64,000 bases of DNA from Schmidtea polychroa (taxonomy: Eukaryota): NCBI GenBank assembly GCA_044892525.1, contig CM097888.1, positions 38,068,001 through 38,132,000 on the forward strand, written 5' to 3'. This document shows, in pieces, positions 37,551 to 49,500 of this stretch. Within the stretch, counting starts at the first letter, position 1. Every line of letters starts with the position of its first letter. The notes beneath the pieces were generated by a model, which saw only the letters and a program-made list of their open reading frames with translations, had not been told where the DNA came from and ran no database searches. Position numbers and translations under genes: made by a program.

Positions 37551-40500
37551 CTTATAATAATTATATTCGAATGAAAATTGACTACACTTACTCGCAGCCT
37601 CATATGCTGATGCATTTTATAAATTGTGTAGAATAACAGCAAGGCCGTAAATATGCATCTTAAATAAATTAAAAAAATTATTATATCAAGATTTCTAATG
37701 AATTCCAAACTTTTTCTTTTCAATTCATAGAAAATAAAAATTTTTATAAAAATAAAAACCAACTAATAACAGAAAATGATTCCTAACCAGGTCAGTAGAA
37801 AATATTAAAACAAAAATGATTAATTATTCATTAAGATTTTGAACCGATCAACATGCAATACATAATTTTTATACATTTCTATACAACATTTCTATATATA
37901 ATATAGCGACAATTTTCAATAAAATAGGTATTTATGATGTAGTTGCAATTGGATATCTGATTGCCCTGATACCCATGCAATATTATGTATTATTATTTAC
38001 ACGTTGGGTGCTGCAAAACTACAAAACATTTGATCATCTATATAACTTGTAAGACATTGAGAAGCAAGATTTGTTACACGTGGCCTCGGAAAATATTATA
38101 TGCAGGGCCCCTTCCCAAAAAGGAAGAAATTATACATGAACATAACTTTATCAATCTATTTAATGAAATATTTATTTCTTCAAAATATTCAATAATATAC
38201 ATACATAAACATAATATTTTTTATTCTTATTTCCTACAAACTTTTTTTACTGCTAATTCCTTGATATTATCATCAAAATTTATCTGTTTTGTTACCTCCT
38301 ACTCTATTAACAACATAGTTATCCTCTCTTTTTGCATAGTTGCTCTTAGATAATTTTTAATTAACTTTAATTTGGAAAAACTGCCTTGCATTTTGTGTCA
38401 AAAACTTGCCCTAGCTACTAATAATTGTTAGAAATATGAAAGCGCGGGCCTATGGGTCTGAATGTCTACTGTACACGGTATGCTTCTCATGGCACTCAAC
38501 GTGTTAATGTTGAATATATCAAAATTACTTATGTTATTGTTTATTACTTTATAGATCAACAAAAAATTGTAACACGTGCTGTAGACAGAGTGGCCTTATC
38601 TACTGAGCTAACTGTGCTTAACACAGGAGTACCAGCAGAATGTGGGAGGGTGTCCATCAATGTAATATATAAATCATTTTTGTATAAATTAATATGTATA
38701 AAAAAATTAAAATTTTCAATTTTTTAAACTTTTTCATTAAAATATTTGAAGACACATATACTTATAAAAACTATGGAAATTATAATCTGTATTTATAAAG
38801 TCAGCAATCTTTTATAATAATAACAAACAACATTGAACTTACGCAAATATTGATATAAATATATACGGTAAATTTGAGTAGACTTTCTGAGTGAATATTA
38901 ACTAAAAATAAAAAGATTTAATTTTCGTTTGAAATATTCACAATTATAACTTCAATGTGAAATTTGTCTAATGTTAATACATTAAATCCGCTTATTGTAA
39001 ATAAGAGTTGATAAGAAACTTTTCCTTCAAATAGAGATTTCGGGAAAATATTCTCGAGAAAAGTACAATTTATTTCTGAAAGCAAAATCTCTCGATTTCC
39101 GGAGGCGTTGAACAACCTTGACAATAAATATTGACTAAATATAGTTACTTAAATAAACAAGGTAAAGACTTTATTAATAAAAATTGCCATTCGTACATCT
39201 TTTTCACTTATATTTCGACAGTATCACTATCATCATCAGGTTACCTACATTCACTAGGGATGAATAACTATACAATATTGATAATTTGTTTATAAATTAT
39301 CAATATTGTATAATTATTCATCCCTAGTGAATGTAGGTATCCTGATGATGATAGTGTTGCTATCGAAATATATAGTGAAAAAGATGTACGAATGGCAATT
39401 TAAATATAGTTAATTTAGTGATTATTAATATATTGTATAAGTGTTTATATTAATTTGTTAACCAAATAAGTAAAAATTTATGGCTCCCAAAATAATACTT
39501 AAATATTTACTTTTCTAGTAATGCAAGATAAATTTTGAATTAAATTCCTGAAATATTGATTTAATACACTATTTCTATATCAATATTCTATATTCCACAA
39601 GCCTTATAATACAACACAAGAAACAAGCTGGAGGTTCAGGTATACAACTACGAACGAAACGCAAACTTTACCGTGATTTGTGAATTGAACAATGACATTA
39701 TTTTCCGCAGAAATAGGAATATTCAAGGTAGCTGGAATATATAATTGAGACTTTCCTACTTTTTAAAAGTCCAATGGTCCTGATTCTCATAAAATTTGAC
39801 AGTTCCTTTGAGCCGGGATTGCGTGGCATGGAGTAGAAAAAAATTAAACATACACAAACAGGCACATGTATATTTAAGTAGAGAAGCTCTGACCAATCAA
39901 AACGACCTTTCTCACAATTATTCATTTCTATCAATGATTATGACTGGTACTGCTAATAGACCTAACTGTTGGGTTATAATTGAATAATAATACTAGTCGG
40001 TGGTTCTGATTCCTTGTGTTCTATAAAATAAAACACAACACTCCTAACGTATATTTGTATTTACAGTTATTTATTACCAACTGCACGCTCGAATTGTTAC
40101 AACAAGAAATGATATACGTTATGACTACCCGACGAGTCCCGCTGCGGCTATGGATTCCTTGCACTTGAACAATAATCACCTTCTATAATCTGATTCTGAT
40201 CCGATCCTAATTGATCTATAACTTCACTAAATCTTCCATTTTCCTTACTTTCAATGAATTTAATATGTCCTCAAATCACACTCTCAAGTTCTTTGTCCCT
40301 ACTTGAGGCAAAATGCCGGTGGTTTCTAATTTTGTAAATAATAATTGTATATTATATTAATAATTTAAATATAAGTATAATTATAATATAATTATATAAT
40401 TTAAATTAATAGAATGATTGTAGAATGATGTTTTCTTGCTCAAGATATTGTTGGCATAAAATAATCCTCGTTTTTGAATATTGTGAATAAGAATAAATAT

Positions 40501-43500
40501 TTGAATATCGGATCTTTAATTAATTTAAATGGATACAATTAATACTCGATCCACACAGTCTAACAACCCTACCATGTACTTTCCTTATGATAATCTTTTC
40601 CCACATCTTTCCATTAATCGTGCTGTCCTGATAATGGTTTTACGAATTCCCTTTTATTTGCTTTTTTTGTTGTTAATTAATTAACGATTTCCTGTTTTTT
40701 ATACATTCCCTTGCTTTTCAACCCTTTCTAAACATACTATGATAAATTCATTTTCATCATGATATTCACTATATCATGATATTCAAATCTATATCCGACC
40801 CTTTTTTCAAATTTAAATTTGATAATTAGTTTATTTTCGCATTCTTTTACGCCGTTCAACTCTAATTGTGACTTTGGTTACCTGCTTCCAACCTTTTAAG
40901 ATAATATTAGATTTATACCCCAAACATAACAAATTCTTTCAAATAATGTATTAGTGACTGTTATTGTCGTTTACTATGGATCAGCTAAGTTATTAAAGGT
41001 GTAAATCAACAAATATTTCATAAAAAATGTATATTGTTCTTAGTTTTTATGTTCCATAGAGCCACTCATCTTTTTATTTAATACTGTTATTTTTTAAGGG
41101 CGTGTATGAGGAACTCTTGGAAGACTAGTAAATTCTTATTAAATTATTACCAAGATTTATTAGAAAAGAAATAGAAAATTAAGTTAATTTAATTAACCTA
41201 ACCACTTTCTTATTAATTTGACAACATATACTTTAGAATAGCAAAAAGATCATGAAGTTGTAAAAACAAAAAAAAAAGAATACCAAATCAATCCATAAAC
41301 TTCGGATATGCGTGATGTGCTTTAACGGCAACTAATTAAATAATATGTTAATGAAATTCAAATAACACTTGATAAAGGCAATACGGGAAATTTATGTAGA
41401 GTAAAATTAATTTTTTATCTTTTGTCAAAATGAAAATTAATTAATGAACTTCGTTTAAATTTATCCATTGTAATTTTGTTAAAATTTTGAGTTAAAAATA
41501 TCTAAAGTTCTTACACTCTCATACTTACTCGACTTTGATCTTCGTTCCGTGACTGTTAATGCACCTAATTCTGAAACCCAAATCAACGTTGGGAATAAGA
41601 TCTGTGAGCAAAAATCGAACACGACTTGTATAAGTGTTGAAATTATCGGTTTCATTCAGTACATATTTGAAATTTATTTTCGATTTGATAACGCACATGT
41701 CATGAAATTTGGTGAAATTATTATGTACATCACACTAAAAAAGCAAAAATATAAAACTATTATAATTACTTAATCAAAATAGTTATAATAAATAATTTAT
41801 GCAAATTTAGAGGCATACTCTATGAATTACCCTAGCATCCTCTAACAAAAATTGCTAAAACATACAATACATTAAAATGAAAATGTGAATGAAGAAACAT
41901 TTTATTTATTATTTTTTTATTATCGTTTATGTTAATTAAATTAACACTGCGACAAAAAGGTAAATGATAAATCGGAATAAAATAGAGATAATGAATATTA
42001 ACTCATGGGCGTAACCAAAGAAATGAATATATGCGACAAATTTCAATCCATTAGCTTAACAAATATTTTTTTACGATTAGTAAAAGGATCTATTTGCATA
42101 TGTACAGTTGCCTTGATAACACGATTTCTTTATTTTCTGGCACGATAAACACGATTGCATATTATAAATTAAATTTTTTGAAAACAACCTAGGTAAACAC
42201 GGGCCATTTTCAATTTTATACCTCCTACGTCACGTAACACAGAAAAACATATTTTGTATTAAAAACAAAAATCAAGAATCTCTTACTATAAGAAACACCG
42301 AATTTACCTGGGAGTTGAATTTTGCTATTCCTTGGAACAACACCTTATAATATATCCCAGTAAGTGATAGGAAAATAAATAAAACATATACACAATTCAT
42401 GCAAACTCAATATTTTAATCATTCCTTTGAAAAGACATCTTTTATAAAATGTATTTATTGAAAGAAAAAATAACGGATATCGTAAGAGTTATTTTTCAAA
42501 TAATATATAGCATTTCATATGTTGTGAGACCATTAATAATACTATTAATTTCAGTAACATTTAAATTCTCTTTTAACATAATAACTAATGCAAATTTTAT
42601 TTAATACAAAATCCAAAAATAATTTATTGAATTGCTAAATAAATGATATGAGACTTATAATTGAAATTAATTTTCCATTTTTTTTTATTAATTTGTAGTT
42701 TTCCTCAAGAAGCTTTTCTTCATTATTTGAAAATCTCCATTTCATTTTTTAAATTTTACTATGTTTTAAAATTTTCAAATACTGAATCCTCATATTCTTC
42801 TTTTTGAAATGCATCTTCCCAATATTTAGGATAATCATTTTACAATCTTCATCTTTTAACAAATATCATTTTAGTGTCTTTATTACGGTGTATTTTGATA
42901 TTTATTTCATATTACTGGTTTTGTATTACATCTCACACTTTGAATTTTCTCTTGTTTTCGCTTCGACCTTTTCTATGACATTTTTATTTGATCCGTTGTT
43001 AATCCATTTTGATTTATTAATCTTCCTATCAAATAAAACTTCTACCTCAAGTACCATTTTTACCCCACTCTTCCTACTTACATCTTTGAAGGAAATATTA
43101 TATGATTTTCTCACTGGAATTGCATTTCTATTACTCAATACGTATTATGTACTGTCAAGAAACCGGCGTACAGATACTTTATCAAGTTTAAATATAGATT
43201 TATCTATAATTCTAGTGAGTCCATTCTCGATAAATGCCACATTTAATAAGTGCATTATAAAATAGGTATCACAGTCTATAGTTATTTTACTGAATAAATA
43301 AAGTCCTTGAAAAAATGAATCAAAAATTGAATCAATAAAAATCTAAATCTGCCACCCCTTATTTTCTACGGATTTAAAAAAATTGATTGACACATGCAGC
43401 ACTTCCTGAGAATTTACTAATCTTTATGTCGATTTTCACATTACAAATACTTCGTAAATTTGTTAATAAGTTTTTATTTATGAAAATTTTTATTATGTAA

Positions 43501-46500
43501 AAATTAATAGATAATCGTGTGTTTCTATGGTGGATATTTTATGGTCAAATATTGTTTTATTAAAACAAGAACAATTTAAAATTTAAATTAATAATAATTA
43601 ATAATAATTATTTTAAATCATTTAAATTTTAAATGATTTAAAATAAAAATAGTTATTCTAATACCTCATTGCAATATTTACCAATACGACCCTTCTCAAT
43701 ACAATATTCACTGCAATCTCCATCGGGATTACAATATCGGGCTGATTTATTAATTATGCATTTACATGGTGAACATTTTTGTCCATTTATGGGTGATCCT
43801 TGAAATCCTTCTTTACATTTTTGACATAGATCACCGGTTGTGTTGTGTAGACACTTTGAACACTTTAATGACAATGATATTTGAGAGTCCNNNNNNNNNN
43901 NNNNNNNNNNNNNNNNNNNNNNNNNNNNNNNNNNNNNNNNNNNNNNNNNNNNNNNNNNNNNNNNNNNNNNNNNNNNNNNNNNNNNNNNNNNNNNNNNNNN
44001 NNNNNNNNNNNNNNNNNNNNNNNNNNNNNNNNNNNNNNNNNNCCTGAGTGGCTTATGCAGGATGCATGGCCATTGCAGTTACATGCAGAACAATGGGATG
44101 ACAAGAAAGACCAATTGTTTGTTGTTGTGTAATAATGATGAAAATTCAATCTTTTACTTTTGTTTGAATCTATATTAGGACCATAAACTGTTCCTTCGAT
44201 ACACTGCAAATAAAAAAAAATATCTCATAAATTAATATTTATTATTTGAAAAGTATATAATATTTATATTATTGATGATATAAAAATAAACGAATGACAG
44301 ATACATAGAAATTTATTATTAAAATTCAGTTAGTTACAAATACAGTTGCAACAGGCCTAGTATAAATCAACACAGAATGAACAAAATAAACATTAGCTAA
44401 GTTATGCAAAAATAATTAAATTTTTATATGATCTCTAAATTCAAAAATGAATTTACAGTTTTTATTTCGAGTAAATTATTTTCTAATCTTAATATTTTTC
44501 TTTTTCTTTACAAAACACACTAAAATACATTTTCTAAAATTTTAGTTTAATTATTGTTTAATTGAACTAATTTTTCTAATTCACGTTTTTTCTATACTTT
44601 TTAATCAATCCATTCCTTATATTTTAATTGTAAAAACATTCCATAATTGAAATTGCAATTAATGACCTCCACCTTATATACTAATTTTTTTGTTGTCAAT
44701 TGTTCAAGGAATTTAACTTGATCAGTGTAAATAAATAATTTCCTTTATCTCGGAAAAACCAGAGGGGTAGGATAAAGTACAAAAAACAAACTAACATATG
44801 ACAATTGGCTAAAATCATTTTTCTTATTTGAGGGAACCTTAAATAGTATAAATATAAAAGTATACTTTTAATGGATTCTAAATGTTTAAAAATTGATTAA
44901 AAGTAAATTTCAGCATAAAAAGAATCATAGGTAGTCTCTAATTGGAGGTGTCTAAATAATAATAAACTAAAGGCTGGATGAAATCTTTAATGTTTAACAA
45001 TAACAGTAAAAAGAGTTTTGAAAGAAATTAAAATACAAGCAACAAAGAAGGAAATTATGTGATAAGCCAGTCGCATAGAAATTACATTTAAATTGTTAAA
45101 TGAAAATCATGTATAGAAAAAGAATGATATTTCTGATATAAAAATTCTCATTTGATAGATTTAATGATAAGAGAGCATAAACTTTTAGTGGAAAAATTAA
45201 TGCATGAATTGAATGATGTTATTACTTATAGTTTCGTCAAATAATCAACCTACTTACAACTTGGAGAGGGAGGCGGCATGATCCAAAATTATATCCTATT
45301 GTTACATACAGTTGTTTAACAACAATTCTAATCAACCTGAATCCTACAATTAACCCAACAAATGATCTATAAAAAATAAATTATGAAAATGAATTATATA
45401 TTAGCCGAAATTAGTTGTCTTTTTTGTAATGTACATTTCATTAGCTGTGAATATCATATGACATGAATATGTTTGAAGTTTAAAGTTTTAAACCTAAAAA
45501 ATGATAGAATTATTCAAATACATATTTAGTAATTTAGTTTGTTGTCAGTGGCGCGTAATCACACGCGCGTATTGCGTCTATTGTATGTTATTTTTCATAA
45601 AAAGGCATTGCTGTCAATACTAAGTGAATTCAAAATAACAACTAAACGAGTACTTCTAGAATATATACATCAGTAAATTTAATTTTAAATACTACATTCT
45701 ATTTTCTTTCATTTTCCATGTTTTATTATAGTTTACTTGATATATTATTAATTAGATTAATTTTTAGATTAATATATTATAACGCATCAAAATGACTGCC
45801 CATTTCATGTTTAACATATTAACTGCAGCCTCAGAAATTGATGAAGTTTTTGTGAGGCCACACTACCTTGCTATGCTTATATGTGAATAATATGTAACTC
45901 ACATGGCACCTATTTCCATTGTAAATGCTAGTTGTATTTAACTCACGTGGCAGTCAACGTTGAGATAATTAGTTATTTTTATATCCTCGCAATGTTGAAA
46001 AAATTTTGACAAAGGACTATCTTATAGTCGAAAATATTTTCAATAAATACATTATTTGCAGCAAAAGGCTTCAATTATCATTTTATTGTTTTAGATAATA
46101 AATTCTGCTACCAAGAAATCATCATTTTATACTAATAATTAATTAGTATTCTTAAAATAGCTTTACAGCCATACATTGTTAAATAGAAAATTATGTCAAG
46201 AGAGTTTTTGTAGTGCAAAAAAGTATTGGTCTTATTGTAGGAAAGTTAGATGAGAAGATGAATACATAAGAGGAAAGCAAAAAAATTGCAGAATCTTAAA
46301 CAAGTAAGATGCTTTAAATGTCAATCAACGGAGCATTTATTCAATTCTGTCCGAAAAAAATCAATCGGAAATGTTACAATTGCACAAGTAATGATTGGCA
46401 TATGAGAGTTAGAGTATAAGGAGAAAAGTAAAGTCAGGCCGGTCCTCGACTTCCGAGACCTAAATGAATCTATTCAAAGTCACTACCATGAAAGTTTACG

Positions 46501-49500
46501 AAGATGGAAACCGACTGGTGAGAATTTGATTTTATTAGACCCGAAAAAAGCTATTTACAATTGCACTTAGATGAATCACTGTGGAAATTTCAAACTGCTA
46601 GGTTTAATTATATTAATTACAATTAAACGTGTATAGGGTTTGGTCTTAGTAGTACAACAAAAATCATGTCGGTAATCAATAAGACGTGCGACTATTATAT
46701 TGATGATAACGCTGTAGATTCATCATCAATAAACGTTAACAGGTCGTGGAACATTTTCGAAGTTTTGAATTAGAAACCAAACCTCCGGAAGCAATCAACG
46801 GTGCAAGGACTCTGGGTTTGCAGATGCAACAGGCGAAAAGCGGCCAATCATTATGATCTAGAGGTAACAATGTGGAAAGGCCAGAAAGTGGATATGAGAT
46901 GAGCTAACGTGAAATTTTCTCACATTTCCCGGTTGCGTCCTGGCTTAGGCTGGTATGTAGTTATGTAAAAAGAATTTGTACTGGAAAGGTGGAAAGACCA
47001 TGTAGGGAATAAAGCGGTATCGTTTTTTCAAGATATAGAAATTCGGTTGGAGCAGTCGGATACTGTGCTAAGTACGTGGTGTGTGCCCAAGATAAATTAT
47101 AGGAGAATTTGGTGCGATGTTAGCAGCATAGGCCTAGGTGTAATAGTAGAAATAGAAATAGTTTTGTGTAAGATGGTGAGCGGCAACTGGAGCAGAAATT
47201 TGTAATACATATGAAAATAATAAAATAAATCATTTATTGTGTTATTAATATTATAAGTATATAACCAAGCAAACCTATACTATTATAAATATTATGCTAT
47301 AAGTTTAGATTTAATAATTATAATTTATACCAAAACTAAAAAAGAATAAGTCAATCTTAATGGGTAATTATTTGTTATTTTATAAATTTCCATTACATAA
47401 AAAAATCTAAGAAAAATAAATTTAAAAAATTAAAATTTATTATATTTTAATATTCAATTAATTTATAAAAAATCAATAGAACCATAAATTTTTCCAATTT
47501 TCATGTTGTCTTTAAAATTAATTGTCCGCGACGAATGTCCGCGACGAATGTCCGCGACGAATGTCCGCGACGAATGTCCGCGACGAATTGTCCTGCGACG
47601 TATTGCCCTAGAACCGATGATGCATGGTTTCGAAAGAAAAATGCTTTTAATCATATAAATCTTGCTGAATTAGAGTTGGTTCTTAAGGTTTGGAGTTTGG
47701 AATTCAAAAGAATGGAAGTAATGACTAATTCTATATCTGTTGTTAGCTGGTTGCGAGCTGTTCTAAATGGCAACTACAAAGTAAATGTTCAAGGTATTGC
47801 AGAAGTTTTAGTTAAACATCGGCTAGCAATAATCGCGGAAAATGGTTTTGGAATTCGAGTTAGAAATCACGGTTACAAAGATAAGGTCAGAAATTAATAA
47901 AGCTAGAATTAAAGCTAGAATTAACAAAAAATGGATGAAAGTTTCTGCAGAAATGACATGTATGGCATTGTCAGTAAATGAAATCCGTACGAGACATGAA
48001 CAGCATCATTTTGGTATACTTATACAGAGGGAAAATCCGCAATCATAAAAGTGGTCAAAGAATGCTTACAATGTAGAGCAATCGACCCTGCGCATGTAGT
48101 GTGGGAAACGGGTACATTGGAAGTTCAGGATAATTGGAAGAGAATAGCAATTGACACAACGCATTATAAGAATAGGACTTACCTCAGTATTTTGCTATTT
48201 GGAGAGAGTCCACTGAATGTCTTGTCTCAAATATCGAACAGATAATAAGAGAAAGAGGTCATATGAATGAAATTCTAATTGATAACGGTAATTGATCAGG
48301 GTGTATAGACTACCGGGTTAGGGGTTAGGGATCATGACAATCAATGGATGTTGTGATAAATTAATCAGACTTGTGAATGGAATAGATTTTTAAACTGTAT
48401 TTTATTGTTCATTATTAAGGTGAAATGTACAGATGATTCACTTAATTTTAAAATATAACAATCATATTTCTATATAAATATTGTAAAAATTAAATATTTA
48501 AGATTATTAGTTTTATTACCTTTCCAACTCCACTAAGCTTACTCTTAAATTCAAACCATCCACAGAATTGCAATTTTGTGCAGTTTCTACAGCCACTATT
48601 GGAAAGGTCTTCACATTTAACAGGACATTGGTTACGATACAAAATAGGACCGTTACATTCTCCGACACTATATAGAATAGCTAACTGAAACCTTGAGATA
48701 CAACTTTTAGACAAAGCGCACCAAACACATTCGCTTTCCACGCAGGATTCACATTGGAAATGATGGCAATCACGAAATGAAACCTGGCCCGCATTTTTAT
48801 TCGTACTGACTGATTGTGATTTAAAGATATTAAAATTACGCTGTTCTAAAATTTAAAAAATCTATTAAATAGTTAAGTTCTAATATTATAATTTTTTTTA
48901 ATTATTTTTATCATTTATGATCGGTGACAATATAATTTAATAATTAATAACTTGATAATTCATTTTTACAAGTAGAATCTCACCCAAAGGCGTGGTGAGG
49001 TCGAGATCCAAATGAAAGTTGTTATAGAATACTTTGTAAATAACTAAAAGAATTAATTTTCTGTGGTGTTATTAGTATAAGATTACAATGATCGCAATCT
49101 CTCCATTAATTTGATTTCCCCGTTCTTCTTTTAATACACAAACACTTAAGGAAGTTTCTGATTCCTTTGGAATTAAAAATGTGATTGTTTACGACAAAAT
49201 AATATTGGACCAAGGCAGGCGTTTCAAAACTTCATGTAAAACTTTTGTATATTTATTAAAAAGCCTGAAGACTACAAATCAGTAAATATATCGATGTTTT
49301 TGATATTCACGAATTTTCGGCACTGCCTTTTTCAAGTGAATTTGATCTTAATATAGTTTTTTTGTTTTATTGTTGTTTTATTTGTCCAAAATATGTATAA
49401 GTGCTGTAATATTCGATCCCTATATGAATACTGCCGAACTTTTGCCTAGGGTCATAGTTTTATAACATCCTATGTAAAGATTTTCTACACTCATGTAATA

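Larger units (their letters stand above)
39148..39400. mobile_element. Palindromic non-autonomous PLE-tail element carrying two hammerhead motifs; 12-bp TSD
   Basis: Arms 39181-39287 and 39294-39400 (5 substitutions and 1 indel); TAAATATAGTTA at 39136-39147 and 39401-39412; the left arm matches the 3' tail of the PLE at 60325-60480. Confidence 0.88.

Noticed and set aside
39590-40950. GC-richer blocks resembling LTR or integrase debris
   Set aside because: No diagnostic motif or terminal structure I can defend.
42660-43420. ORFs 42804-43265 (+) and 42926-43138 (-)
   Set aside because: Not needed for the attractin model (CNE|CDV splices across them); probably decayed retroelement sequence, not assignable.
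47523-47608. Possible CRISPR-like array
   Set aside because: Head-to-tail repeats with no spacers, in a eukaryotic context.
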